A stretch of 64,000 nucleotides of DNA from Felis catus (GCF_018350175.1 NC_058368.1:151158001-151222000); one strand, 5' to 3'. Numbered from the stretch's first letter, positions 24,279 through 38,605 are shown. Translations and numbers: made by a program. Notes: generated by a model from the sequence alone, not told the origin.

Positions 24279-26360
24279 TTTAGTTCTTACTGTGTTTTAG
24301 GAACAATTTTAAGGGATATACCAAAGAATAAAACAGATAAAAATTCATGCCTTTGTGGAACTTACAATATTCCTGGTATTATCTATATTTACTTTCACCT
24401 CCACGTGGAAAAATGGGCTACCCTTGATTTTATCCTTTGCTGTCATTGTTCTTATTGGTTAAACTGAATGAATTTGTAAATATCATACTTTGTGATTCTC
24501 CTTATCAAATTTTAAGCCTTTACTATTTCTTAGAACTTTCACTTCCATACTGTTTTTAATTTATTCTTTACTCATAATATTTTTATAATTTCCATTCCTC
24601 ATATGGGCCTTTCTTCAGCCAACCAGATACTTTCTTTCCTCTTTAATGCTTGTGATACAAGATGAAGTGGTATTTGATCACTTGTGCAATCCCTCATTTA
24701 AAATTTTCTAAGAATACTTTAAAAGTATTTCCAAGTCCTTTGAAATATGCTCCATTAATAATCACCTTTTTATACTGAAGAATTCTTCAGATCTTTAATT
24801 CTTGCTTGTGACTAGATCCTAAGAGATTATGAATTTTTGGCCAATCACTAGGTTTGATACAGCATTAATTAATGAATAACATTGTCTTAGTGTTATTGAA
24901 AGACAAAAAATCCTAGTAAATCAAGAAAGCCAAGTCACTTTCCTGTTTCTTAACTATATGCCTGGGTAATCTGTGAGTGTAATATTTAGATATTTCTATT
25001 ATACTAGGATGAAAGCAAGTGATCCATGATTCCCTATTGTATAATAAAAGATAACAGATTAGAAATAGAGTGCAATTACAAAAATAAACCACACGGAAAA
25101 TATGAAGATACATGGTGAGGAAAATCCTTTCCTAAGAATTTATGAATATAGCATCAGGCATCAGAATTATAGTAAATAAAAAAGTGGGAGATATGGTGAT
25201 GATTTATTTGTCACTATTTTAGTTTTCATTAAATATGTTGAAAAAAGTTCTCAGGAGGAGAAAATAGATAAAAAAAGAAAACAGCTCTGATATGCAGCTG
25301 GATATATGCCAATATGTCAGCTCCTAGGGAAATTTTACATGCATTTATGAGAACCTGAATAATAATAATATTTTCAAAGGTAATATATTGGATTAGGACG
25401 TCACTAGCTTCTGAAGAAAGGCAACTTTTCCTTTTCTAGGAGGCTTGAAATTAGGAATGGGTGTCATCCTACAGTGTAATGTTTGAACTGAGAAGGCACA
25501 AGACAATGCTCAGCCATCTACCCATAGAGACTTTCACCCCTCTCCTAACCCCGCCCTAGAAACTGGAAAGAGGTATGGTGCAGAGAGAGGCACACCATTG
25601 CAAGTGGCTAAGAGATACAACAGACAGGGTTATTTTAGAAGATTCTAATATATTGGGCAGTGGTGCCTGGTTTCCTTAATGTTTCCTCTATCTCATTTCT
25701 TTTTTGAATTCAGGACTTTGTAAAATGTCTCTTTATTGCTTTTTGTGTGTTTTTGTTAAGGTTTTTTTAAATCATGCCATGAAAAGCATTTCGTATTTGG
25801 GTCTGTTTGTTCCATTAGCCATTTGCCTTTCCTCAAAACTGTATTTGAAGCTTAAACACTGAAACATAGACATGTTCCATCACTTAAAATATTGTGTGTG
25901 TGTGTGTGTTATTTAAATTCTATTTGAAAAATCAATGGTGAACCACAAATTTTTGGAATTAGAATTAAGTTTTAAAAAAATCAAAGTTTAGAATTCTACT
26001 GAGACATTGTACAAAAACGATACCAACTGCTAGGTAGGCAATGCATGCTACATGATCACATTTAAATAATTTTAGTATTTGTGAAATTCAATTTTTGTAT
26101 TTAATTCAGTTTTTTCTAAGACTCCGTTTCTACCAACTAAGCTGTATTAACTAGGTAATATATATATTTCTTCTATGTCTAATAACAGATTTTATGATCT
26201 ATGATCTATTGAAACTAATATCTGTGATTTTCTTTAATCCAGAAAACTATCATATTGGAAGATTCTATTTCAGGTTGGAAACTTGGAGAAAAAAAGATTT
26301 GTATAATAAAATTTGGAATTTTGGTAAAGGAGTCTTAATTTATGTTTGATATTTTGTTTC

Positions 26361-26385
26361 TTTTTTTAAAATGTTTATTTATTTT

Positions 26386-26425
<40 letters not shown>

Positions 26426-26449
26426 CGAGTGGGGGAGGGGCATCAAGAG

Positions 26450-26494
<45 letters not shown>

Positions 26495-26625
26495 TAGAAT
26501 CCGAAGCAGGCTCCAGGCTCTGAGCTGTCAGCACAGAGCCCAACGTGGGACTCAAACCCACAAACTGCGAGATCATGACCTGAGCCTAAGTCGGACACTT
26601 ACCAACTGAGCCACCTAGGTGCCCC
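26361..26625 (-). mobile_element. SINEC_Fc-like SINE with two (GA)n expansions
   Basis: gaatccgaagcaggctccaggctctgagctgtcagcacagagccc body; imperfect TSD tgatattttgtttc / tgctattttatttc. Confidence 0.93.
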
Positions 26626-27141
26626 TGCTATTTTATTTCTGTGAAACAATTTTTAATCATCCTAGCGAGGATGTTAACATTGAATGAACATGTCCCAGGA
26701 ATATTATTTTTATTATTTCAATTGGATGTTATTCTTGGATAAGGTTGTAATCATGTGTCATATTACATTTCAGTTCAGGTAAAAAACCAAGGTAGAGAAA
26801 ATATATGAAACTTGCCCAACTTTTTACTGCACATAAGTAGTAAAACTAGGTTTTGAGACAAGGAAGCCTGACTCCAGATTCCAGGTTCTCATTCCTCTGT
26901 TATACTGACACACGTGTTAGGAAGCCTTATAAAATTTAAGGAACTATTTTCACCATCTAATTTTTAAATTTTATGTTAAAGTCATAAATCACCTGAGAAT
27001 AAATATATATAATTCAATGCATTAATGATCTGAGCTTTTACTAAAAACAAACCTCAAAATTTGATTCTTACTAGATTAGAGAAGAGTGTTTCATTTGGTT
27101 TCTTTTGGCTTTTCCACTTTGTTCTTAAAAATCGGGCTTAA

Positions 27142-27353
27142 GGGGCGCCTGGGTGGCTCAGTCGGTTAAGCGTCCGACTTCGGCTCAGATCACGATCTCA
27201 CTGTCCATGAGTTCGAGCCCCGCATCGGGCTCTGTGCTGACTGTTCAGAGCCTGGAGCCTGTTTCAGATTCTGTGTCTCCCTCTCTCTCTGACCCTGCCC
27301 CATTCATGCTCTCTCTCTGTCTCAAAAATAAATAAACGTTAAAAAAAATTAAA
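27142..27353 (+). mobile_element. SINEC_Fc SINE (young)
   Basis: ggggcgcctgggtggctcagtcggttaagcgtccgacttcggctcag; TSD aaaaat(c/t)gggcttaag near 27127 and 27354. Confidence 0.95.
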
Positions 27354-30300
27354 AAAAATTGGGCTTAAGATATATTGTTATTTGTAGTTTGAATATAATA
27401 CACCCCAAATACTAAGTTTTTCTCTGATTTAAATTATATTCCTTAATATGCTTCTATTTAAAGTTATTTCAAGGATAACTCAAATAGTGTTATAGGCTAC
27501 TAGCAATAATTTATACTTATACTTTATAGCCAGAGATAAGATACCTCTAATTTTCTGTTTGGTGTAATGCATTTACTAGTGTAATCTATTTAATAACATA
27601 AACACAATAAGTGATTTTGATTATATAGATCAACTTGACAATAAATTGGACATAGGCACTGGTAAAGATTAAATTTATAGGTGAACTGATGAGAAATGCA
27701 GTATGCTGTAATTTACTGAACATGCCTTACCTCATAAATTTCTGTGTCCTTCTTATCAAATGATTCTTGAGGTTCTACGTATGAAAATAATTCACCTTCT
27801 ACACCTAAAATGACCTATTAATTGGAAGCAGTTTTCTAATACTCTATATACTTGTGATACTCAAAATGTTAATAACCAGTGAATTTGCTTTAATTCCAGA
27901 AATTAACTAATTTGGACTGCTTGTAAAAGTTTAAACTAGAATGAACATCATAAATAATGAACACTGAATCGAAACTGCCATGTCCTCCAGTGTCAATGGC
28001 TCCTATAAATGCTGCCATCAACAGCTGGTTTAAAGTGCAAAAACCACCCCAGAAACAATTCAGCAAGGAACAGTTTTTAAAAATGGGTCCCCATTATGGA
28101 AAAAAAATGCCCTTCCTTTATAGTCATTGTCCATTTCCTGTATTGAAATATGACGTAGAAGGAAGTGTAAGAAATTAAGACCTTCTTAGAGGCTTTTTAG
28201 TAAGCCCAATCTCCATTATGTGAAACTTCTTTATTATAGGCATTTCAGTACAAATTACGACTAAATATGAGATTACAATAGCAGTAGAATGTTTTAATAA
28301 GATAACAACTTAACTATTTGTCATGATCTTCTCCATTCATTTACCTGAATCTTCTATGCACCACAGTTCCCTTATGTGAAAAACTCATCTGAAGTAGGGA
28401 ATAAGCAATTATGTACTTGAATCTTCTACTACAAAATCTAACAAGTTATGGTAAAAACATATGTTTTATTTATATACTCTAAATAAATGCTAAATGGTAA
28501 TAATAATAATTGTGGTGCTGAGAGTTTTTATGAAATATATAATAAAGAATTTTCTTCAACATTGAGTTTTCAACCTATTATCTTCTCTACATATACTTTC
28601 TGCTTTTTAGAACTTGGGTTATGAGCGGTATAATAAAATTTGACTACAGATTTATACCTATAATAAAAAATAAAACAGACTTCAACTCTTTATGAAAGTG
28701 CTACCAAATATATAGCAGTCCCCATGATGACAGAAAAATGGCAGCAACAATGCCTTGGAGTAAACTGTCATTTGAGAGTGCAAAGGTAAAAAGAAAATCA
28801 TTAAGGGACCAATTAAAAAATATTTTTGTTAGGATATAAGAAAATTAAGTGGTAAAGGTCCAAAGAGAACTCTCTTTGTGCTTAACATAGTAGAAATATC
28901 ATTCAAATAGTTTATCCCTGCTAAGAGATTACCTGTAAATGCTGCCAAGGTCACTGCCAAGTTGTATTAATGGCCATGTTCAGTATATGTCAGTCACATG
29001 AGTTAGAGCTGCCTTCTTCTTCTTTTTCTACTGCATAATGACCTACCTCTTAATGCACACTGACAAATTGAGGTGAGTGAATATGTTTTTCCAAAATATA
29101 GATGGAAGAGTTCCATTCCACCACTCTCCCATTTTAATTGTACCAAACATGTGGAATGTAAAGTCTGGCAGGAAAGAGGTTTTAAATATTCTATTCTGAA
29201 AATTGAACCATTTTTGAAAATGGCACTTTGAGTCTCTCAGGGAATTATTTGTGGCTGCATTGTGAATTTTCTTTCAAATGCACATTTGCTTACTTTGCTG
29301 TAAAAGCACAAAATATTTTTTAAATGTAGGAATGACATTTTTTTAATCTAGAAAATGTCATTGGAACACAGAGTTAGTAACAGAATGATTTAGTATTCAA
29401 TAGTTAAGCTCTATTGCAGATTTGTAATTTTCATTTATCAATATTATTCATCATTTACAGAAGAAATGTGAGAGTGTAGGCATATTGGCTTCTGAATACA
29501 TCTACTGACTAGAGTGTAGCAGACATATTTATGTACTTAGAGTAAAAATAGATTAACACATCTCCTTTACAGGGCTTATATTTAAATAGAATAAATCACA
29601 TCCTCCAAAGAATAAATGATATTCTAGTATGTTATAATAAGACTTGCTCGTAAGAGACATCTCTATTAAAAATTTACCACTTTAGTCCTGGAATACCAAT
29701 TTAGTCCTGGTCTTGAGATTAGCAATATATTAAAAATATCTGGGGAATTAGCAATTTCAATTCCCAATTTGATATTAGAACTTGGCGCTGATTTCCTTGT
29801 TTCACTTATATATTTTAATTCATCAAAACATTATTGAAATAATTGGGAAAGAAAGAAGACATGAAGAAGCACTTCACTGCTTACATCAGCTGACTTGAAC
29901 AATATTTTATAACTATATTTAGAAAAAGATAAAAAGAGCTGAATACAGCTACAATTCTCCATGCCAACTTCCTCTATTACCACTTTTCTTTTTTTCATTT
30001 AGTAACTCATCTATAAAACAATGACGTTAAAAAAAAGAGAGAGAGAATAATTCCAGGACCTCTAGATAGAATTTTAATAGGCTGGTTAGATGCATAATTA
30101 GTTAGGAGACCAGATCGGACACCAATCTAGCTTTCACTAAAGATCATTATTTCTATTTTGTTTGTGTCATTTTTATTTTTGGTAGTGACTTGGATCATAA
30201 ACGCATTACAAGGGAGTTTCTCAAATCTGAAGCTGAATACAAATATTATCTAAATTAGAAAAATTAGATTCAAATATATTGCATTTATAAGGTACATGAG

Positions 30301-30863
30301 TAAAAACGGCAATACACAAAATGCAAATAAATTCCATTCTGCAAACTTAACAATTATAACCAGTAATTTGGCACAGGGTGATGTAACTAAAATTCATATA
30401 TAATACTTGAGCTGAGATTTATAATTGTATTATTAAAACTTTTATAAAGATGATGTAGAATAATTCGCTATTTAAAAAAAATTCCCCAAAGGCAAATAGC
30501 AGAAGGAGGTAGTGAAGAGAATCTGCATGATTTAAAAACCTAATAATGACTTGTATTTGCAAATCCAAAGCTATTGTGGCCAAAAACAGTTGAGTAGAAA
30601 ATAACAAACCTACTTCCAGAAGTGTGACTGAATGGATACAACTTTCCAATGATGTAATATCTTTTACTTTGCAGAATACTGGGTAGCCTTATGTGGACGA
30701 AAACCATCTCCTTAAGATAAAAATTTACACACGTTTACCTCTTTCTACATAGTAATAATAACAGGCAATACTAAGTGCTTTACATTTATTATTTAATTCT
30801 TGTAATTATTTTAGTCACAATAGGGTAGATAAACTGAGACATATTTTAAAAACAAGCAGTGTC

Positions 30864-31076
30864 GGGGCGCCTGGGTGGCGCAGTCGGTTAAGCGTCCGAC
30901 TTCAGCCAGGTCACGATCTTGAGCTCCGTGAGTTCGAGCCCCGTGTCAGGCTCTAGGCTGATGGCTCAGAGCCTGGAGCCTGTTTCCAATTCTGTGTCTC
31001 CCTCTCTCTCTGCCCCTCCCCCGTTCATGCTCTGTCTCTCTCTGTCCCAAAAATAAATAAACATTGAAAAAAAATC
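30864..31076 (+). mobile_element. SINEC_Fc SINE (young subtype, ggcgcagtcgg / cttcagccagg)
   Basis: Head at 30864; TSD ending aaacaagcagtgt at 30862 and 31106. Confidence 0.95.
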
Positions 31077-32129
31077 TTTAAAAACAAACAAACAAACAAG
31101 CAGTGTAACTCACTCCATGCTGTTTAGTTATTTGCCACTTGGGTAAACCCATTAAAAAAAAAAAAGCTATGAGTTCATCCCCCACGCTGATGGTTGGGGC
31201 AGATGAGAAAAAACAAAGTTCACATTTTGGTCAAAAACTGACATACTTGGGGATAAAAATTCTGTTTACGAATGTCACTGTTCTCTGTGCAAGAGCTGGG
31301 TAAGACCAGTCCTGTGTCAATGGACTGGTTATTTGGAATTCTAGGTGGACCACATGAGTGTATTTTGTTTCCTCAGATAGATAAAAAAATTCTTCAGTGT
31401 AGTAAAGTACAGTATTTCTTTAAAAAGAATGATGGTTCCAAGCACTTTAAATATATTTAGTTTACTTGTTTCATTTATTCTGAAAATAAAAGGCATTCAT
31501 AAATTCACATGCTCCGCCTGCCCAAACCTTAAGATTCACATATCTAACAGCCAGCCCCACATGATTTTTGGTTATTCTACTGAATTCTATGGAAAACCTC
31601 TCATTTATTCTACAAGGATTGTGAGACTTGTTTGTTAAAAAAAAAAACGGTTATACACATATGATAAAATACACTAAAAACAAGTGTGATATTTGGCTAG
31701 TACAAAGCTGCCTAGGGCTTAATTTAAAAATGTACAATAGGAATTTGATCACATTTATCCATTTGATTTGTGTCTAAATGTTTAGCTTTATATCAATAGG
31801 ATTAGTGGTTGACCACTATTAAGATTCCGTTTTCTCTGATGTTTCAGGGAGATGAATCTGCAAATTCCTTCAGGAAATTATCTATTGTTAATCAATATTT
31901 CAAAAGTCAGAGCATTCCAGAATTTGTTAAATCTGGTATTCCCTAGTTCTATTTTTAATTTACTATGAACCGGAAGTATTAAAATTCCACCATAAGAATT
32001 TTTTTTAATGCCAAGATACAATCACATAGTGAAGTCACCTTTAATGACTTTAGTTTGAGAGGAACATAGGTGATTACAAAATTTATTTCCTAGACTTTCT
32101 CCACAAAAGGCAAAAACCAAAACCCCTTC

Positions 32130-32333
32130 TTTTTAAAATTGTTTTTAATTTTAATGTTATTTATTTATTTTTGATACAGCACAATAAGGGGAGGGGCAGA
32201 GAGAGAGAGGGGGACAAAGGATCTGAAGCGGGCTCTGCGCTGACAGCCTGATGTGGGGCTTGCACTCTCGAACCTCAAGATCTGACCTGAGTTGAAAATG
32301 GACGCTCAAGCCACTGAGCCACCAACGTACCCC
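32130..32333 (-). mobile_element. Carnivore SINE (older, with internal deletions)
   Basis: T-rich tail, ggggaggggcagagagagag, ctgagccacc head region. Confidence 0.88.
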
Positions 32334-32846
32334 AACCAAAAACCTTTCGATGCAAAATTTCTTGATTGTGAAAGTTGAAAAAGGCTAATGATTGTTAATC
32401 CTCATTCTGTGTCAGCACTGTTCTATTTACTTGATATATATTAACTCATTTGATTCTCATAAAAACCTTATTGCAGCATTATTACATACATTTTACATAT
32501 GGGAAATGTAGGCAAAGTGGACTTCTCTTACCCATGGTAAATGATGGCTTTACGATTGAAACCTACACAATCTGACTCCAATGTCTACTCTTCACGTCAT
32601 AGTAAAGAATAACAGCATTTTAATAAAAAATGATTTATTATTTTAAGAACACAACTACTGAATGGTAACTGCCAAGGTAGGTGAGAAAAAGGAGGAATAC
32701 AGAGTTGACACAGACCTTAGAAGGCCACTGAACTTTAGGAGAACCATGATGTCCAGGATGCCCTTCATCTTAACATGGAGCAGCAAATAAAACTTCTAGA
32801 CCTCAAGTACTCACCCTGTCTTTGTTGATCTCTTTAACATACACTG

Positions 32847-32849
<3 letters not shown>

Positions 32850-32889
<40 letters not shown>
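32850..32889. repeat. (CA)n microsatellite
   Basis: Seen directly. Confidence 0.9.
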
Positions 32890-32892
<3 letters not shown>

Positions 32893-33226
32893 GTATATAT
32901 GTGTATGTATGTAACCAAATATCATTAAGAACTTACACATAATGAATTTTAAAATAATACATATATTTTTAAATGAAAAACTTAACTTTATTTCATTATT
33001 AGAATAATGCCAAGACTTTGTGCTCTGTCTTCCAGTAACATTCACACATTTTGATATTATTACCTGTCTTAACAAGTATTGGATATAAATTTAGTGAATA
33101 CCGATCTGCTAAGATTTGGCTAACTTTTACTTCTACATGCTAACATTCTATAAACTAGCTATGCTAATTATTTCACATTCTGACTGGCCAGCTAGTTAAC
33201 TTAAGTTGTAAAAATTCAATATTTAG

Positions 33227-33425
33227 CGGGATGCCTGGGTGGCTCAGTCGAGTAAGCATCTGACTTTGGCTTAGGTCATAATCTCACGGTTTGTAGGTCT
33301 GAGCCCCATTTCAGACTCTGTGCCTGGAGCCTGCATGAGACTCTGTGTCTTCCTCTCTCTCTGCCCCTCCCCTGCTCACACTCTGTCTCTGTCTCTCAAA
33401 ATAAATAAATGGTAAAAAAAACTTA
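33227..33425 (+). mobile_element. Carnivore SINE
   Basis: 17-bp TSD aaaaattcaatatttag at 33210-33226 and 33426-33442. Confidence 0.93.
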
Positions 33426-33935
33426 AAAAATTCAATATTTAGTAATGTATACTTCTCTCTATATATTAAAATAATTTATATATTTATAGTTATATAAATA
33501 GGCTATAATATTTATCCTAAGTTCTTGAAATTATAAAATCAATTTTCAGCATCTCAAAAAGATTGAAGCATTCTAATTATACTAAAAATGTACTGGGAAT
33601 GATAATTACTTGAAGCTTTATAATGTAACTGATACAATCAGACTCAATCCATAAGTATTTCAGATACATAAAATACAAGCAAACTATCAAACTGTATATT
33701 TTAGGTTGAAACATCTCCATAATGACGAATAGAAATTTAAATGACTACAAGTGTATATGGAAGTGATTTATGCAGAATTGTCTACATTCTTTAGCACTAC
33801 AGTGGCAAACAAAAGGTTTACTGGTACCTTCTTAGGTATGATAACACAATTAAAACAATTTTAGAACTATATACTAAAGTGTGTGTTCAATATTCTCTAG
33901 TGAAAGTCAAAATTTGTATTTAAAAAAAGTGCACC

Positions 33936-34950
33936 TCAGTGAAGGAAATAATCACCAATACTAAAAGGCAACCGAAGGAATGGGAGGAGATATTTGCAAA
34001 CGACATATCTGATAAAGGGTTAGTATCTACAAACTATAAAGAACTTATCAAACTCAATACCCCAAAAAACAAATAATCCAGTGAAGAAATGGGCAAAAAA
34101 CATGAATAGACACTTCTCCAAAGAAGACATCCAGATGGCCAACCGACACATGAAAAAATGCTCAACATCACTCATCATCAGGGAAATACAAATCAAAGCC
34201 ACAATGAGATACGACCTCACACCTGTCAGAATGGCTCACATTAACAACTCAGGCAACAACAGATGTTGGTGAGGGTGCGAAGAAAGAGGATCTCTTTGGC
34301 GCTGCTGGTGAGAATGCAAACTGGGGCAGCCACTCTGGAAAACAGTATGGAGGGTCCTCAAAAAATTAAAAATAGAACTACCCTATGACCCCACAATTGC
34401 GCTACTAGGTATTTACCCAAGGGATACAGGTATGCTGTTTCAAATACCCCAATGTTTATAGCGGCACTATCAACAATAGCCAAAGTATGGAAAGAGCCCA
34501 GATGTCCATCAATGGATTAATGGATAAAGAAGATGTGGTATATACACACAATGGAGTATTACTTGGCAATCAAAAAGAATGAAATCTTGCCATTTGCAAC
34601 TATGTGGATGGAACTAGAGGGTATTATGCTAGGTGAAATTAGTCAGAGAAAGACAAATATCATGACTTCACTCATATGAGGACTTTAAAACACAGAAGAG
34701 ATGAACATAAGGGAAGGGTAGCAAAAATAATACAACAACAGGGAGGGACACAAAAACATAAGAGGCTTTTAAGTATAGAGAACAAACAGAAGGTTGCTGG
34801 AGGGATTGTGGGAGGGGGGATGGTTTAAATGGGTTAAGGGGCATTAAGGAATCTAATCCAAAAATCATAGTTGCACTATATGATAACTTAGATGTAAATT
34901 AAAAAAATAAATAAAAATTAAAAATTAAATAAATAATACATAAAATAAAT
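33936..34950 (+). mobile_element. 5'-truncated carnivore/feline L1 (~1 kb): decayed ORF2 C-terminus, 3'UTR and A-rich tail
   Basis: The ORF-track peptide [48 protein letters not shown] is the conserved L1 ORF2p C-terminal region, here interrupted by stops. Approximate TSD aaa..gtgcac near 33925-33934 and 34952-34962. Confidence 0.93.
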
Positions 34951-34981
34951 TAAAATGTGCACTTTTTTACTATGTATTCTA

Positions 34982-35091
34982 CTTTATTTATTTATGTTTT
35001 TATAATTTATTGTCAAGTTAGCTAACATATAGTGTATACAGTGTGTTCTTGGCTTCGAGGGTAGATTCCCATGATTCATCGTTTACCTACA
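34982..35091 (-). mobile_element. Very short (110 bp) L1 3'-end insertion, feline L1-like
   Basis: The minus strand reads gatgaatcatgggaatctacc..gaacacactgtatacactatatgttagctaacttgacAATAAAttataaaaa; perfect 15-bp TSD ttactatgtattcta at 34967-34981 and 35092-35106. Confidence 0.85.
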
Positions 35092-37377
35092 TTACTATGT
35101 ATTCTAAATACGTATAATTGAAAAGTTAATTTTAAGGCTATTTTTATTTCTATTAATAAATATAGAAGTCTATATATCTAAAAATACCAATGGTAGAGAT
35201 GAAATTTGAGTTGAAGAAGCACATGAAATATGAGAGAAGGTAGTCAGGATATATTCTGAAGTGAATTCAAATAGAAGAACATTCAAGGCAACATTTAATT
35301 TATTTAAGCACTGGCTTCTGGTTGTATTAACCATCCTTTGAAATAAGTGTGTTGTACAACAAGAAAACAATTTTAACAAGGATTTTTGTCATTAATTATT
35401 ATATTTTCCAAGTGATAATTAAAATGTTACAGATGTGGCTCCTAAGAACGTAGTATTAAAAATGTAGCTCTAGCTGAGGTGGGTACCTAAGGGATAAGGA
35501 GGGTGAGGCTGGACCGGTGTACCCTTGAAAAAGAGTCAATTATCAAACAGCTGGGTACACTTGGTAGCCAGTATCTTCCACTAGCACCACTAACAAGAAA
35601 TGTTCTGTTAGCTACATAATGCCTAGACATTCAATAAATTAAAAAGAGTAATAAATCACTATACTTAAAAGAATTTGGGTAATCAGAAACTGATGAAATG
35701 AAATTTGTGCAAAATAAAAAGGACTATCATTTTAGATAATATTGAAACAAATATACTATTGAGATTGGCTAGTGAATAGTAAAACATGATGATTAGACTA
35801 TCATACTGTTTTTCTTATTTCTTAAAATTCTTATTTTCTTATTCATATACTGATACTAACTAGTGGAATAGATAAAAGATTTGAGTTAGCTTTTGTTAGA
35901 TGTCTGCACAATGGATTTATAAAAGATATAAACCCTTTTAAATGTACTTTGTTCTTCATATATTTAAAGGAATAAGAGATCAACCTAGTCAGATGCTTAA
36001 CACAAAACAAAAAAATTCAAGTTTCATGAATGGATTAAATAAAACTTAAACTCCAAACAGGGCCAATAAGATACACTATGTCTTTTAATGAATCCTAAAT
36101 GTATCTTTCAACATTGTTTTATCAGTTACAACAGTATTATCTCATGACTTTCACTCATGACATAAAAAAGAACCACAAAATTCATAATTTTACATGGGGG
36201 GGACTGAGAAACAACCATAATATTATAAATTAAGAATGATACAAAATCATTCTTCACCTATTACTGGCAAATGAAATGAAATTTAATAAAGGCCACTGAT
36301 AGCAGCTTTTTGTGGCTATTAGAACCATATTTTCTAATCAAGGACAAAAGTTTTAATCTATGTGACTTCCAAACTTGAGTTTTCCCACCTATAAAATGTG
36401 TGTAGCATACAATAAATAGATATTTTTACTATGGGATCACAGAATAGTGGGCAATAGCATCTTACAACAGGAACTGAATGTTTCCCCAAAGGAAAGATCT
36501 CAAATAAAGATCAACTTGCTTAGTCAGTCAGGTGGTATAGCAAATCTGGTGCAAAAAGTAATTTGTTAATTGAGAGATTATAAAATCCATTAGACAGTAT
36601 TATCCTGAATACAAAAGTCAATAAAACCTAAACTCTGCCTTCCAAAGAACTTCAATTTTACCAAACTGGGAAAGATACTTTAAATATTAGCTTTAGCACA
36701 AGAGAGAAATTAATAAATACCATAACATAGGTATACATAAAGTCCTCCACAAGTCAGATTTGGCAAGGTAACTCCCAACATGAAAAGCCTCATGGTGGAA
36801 GCACTTAAGGAAGGGTTTTTACTTCTCAAAGTTAAGTCTTTTTCATTTGACAATTATTGCACTTAATTCACTTGTTCCAATTTAATTTGACAAATATTTA
36901 TAGGATATATATTATGTGTAACAGATTCATTTACGCAAAATAGAAGACAATGATATTTGAAAGTGGTGCAATTCCCAAGCTCAAAAAGTTTATAATCCAT
37001 TGTGGGTTAAGGTTAAGTTACAGTTGTACAGTATTTCCATTTTATGATGCCACTTCATAAACCTGTGAGAACCACGGTTACTGAAGACAAAAAGTTTGAC
37101 ATTCTTTCTATTTTGATAAGAAAAAAGGACCACAATGAACCATAATTGTCTTCAGCAGAGTCTTTAGGGTTTCACTTTTCTGTTTCTGGGAACACATTCT
37201 AATTTTAGTATTTATGTAAATGGAATGACCCATTCTAGAACAGTTTATGTGTGGTTTACTTTCTAAAATGGCTCTATGAATAGAAAGGGAGATGGGCAAG
37301 CAGGGGGAGCACCCTAGAAGGTGAAGAAACCCGAAGAATAGACAAAAATTTATAAAGAAGGACTTACATATTATTTT

Positions 37378-37603
37378 AATTTTTTAAATATTCATTTATT
37401 TTTGAGACAGAGAGAGACACAGCATGAGCGGGGGCGGGGGGGGGGGGGTGGTGGGGAGAGAGAGGGAGACACAGAATCCAAAGGAGCCTCCAAGCTCTGA
37501 ACTATCAGCACAAAGCCTGAGGCAGGGCTCAAACTCACAAACCGTGAGATCATAACCTGAGCCAAAGTCGGATGCTTAACTGACTGAGCCACCCAGGCGC
37601 CCC
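37378..37603 (-). mobile_element. SINEC_Fc-like SINE with an expanded internal G-run
   Basis: Head ccacccaggcgcccc ends at 37603; G-rich tract at 37430-37456. Confidence 0.93.
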
Positions 37604-37867
37604 TATTTTTAATTGCCATTATTAATATTTTGGGATTTGAAAGAGTCTTACTAAATGCTATATAGAATACTTGGAGAAACATTTAAAATTTCAAGTTTAT
37701 TTCGTTAAATAATCTGACCACATTTTTGTCCTGAAAACAAATTACTTCAATTTTTAGAAGAGCATTATTAAAATTTTAAGGACAGTACTACATATAGAAA
37801 TAAGATGACGCGTCTCTTTTTAATAATGTTGGATTTTTTTCCTTAGCTCTTCACAGACTCTTTTTCT

Positions 37868-38095
37868 TTTTTTTTTTTTTTATGTTTATTTACGAGAGAG
37901 AGAGAGCGCACATGTGTGCGTGCATGTGCGCAAGTTGGGGAGGGGCAGACAGAGAGGGAGACACAGAATCTGCAGGAGGCTCTGGGCTCTGAGCTGTCAG
38001 CACAGAGCCCGATGTGGGGCTTGAACTCATGAACCGTGAAGTGATAACCCGAGCTGAAGTCGGACACTTACCTAACTGAGCCACCCAGGCACCCC
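37868..38095 (-). mobile_element. SINEC_Fc-like SINE
   Basis: TSD cagactctttttct at 37854-37867 and 38097-38110. Confidence 0.93.
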
Positions 38096-38361
38096 TCAGA
38101 CTCTTTTTCTAATATAAAATATAACACTTAGTTGAGTTGATAAATAACATAAAAAGGCAGTGAATAAAATAATGCACTTCATGTTGTATGAATTTTCATT
38201 TCATTCCCTTCCTTCATATTTCCTGTAGTTGAATGTGTATACAAATTATGGTCCAAGTCTAGATAGTGCACAGAAAAATCCAAAGGAAGATTTTAAAAAC
38301 AACGAAGTTAATTATTACCACCAAAACTCTTTCCATTAAATACTTGGGAGTATTGTTTTTA

Positions 38362-38605
38362 TTTTATTTTTTTTATTTTATTTTTTTAATTTTTTTTTCA
38401 ACGTTTTTTATTTATTTCTGGGACAGAGAGACACAGAGCATGAACGGGGGAGGGGCAGAGAGAGAGGGAGACACAGAATCGGAAACAGGCTCCAGGCTCC
38501 GAGCCATCAGCCCAGAGCCTGACGCGGGGCTCGAACTCACGGACCGCGAGATCGTGACCTGAGCTGAAGTCGGACGCTTAACCGACTGCGCCACCCAGGC
38601 GCCCC
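38362..38605 (-). mobile_element. Very young SINEC_Fc SINE
   Basis: CpG-rich, apparently near-consensus body, long A-rich tail, perfect 16-bp TSD gggagtattgttttta at 38346-38361 and 38606-38621. Confidence 0.96.

Noticed and set aside
34020..34868. ORFs resembling a real protein
   Set aside because: Decayed L1 ORF2 and its antisense frames, with stops and a 5' truncation.
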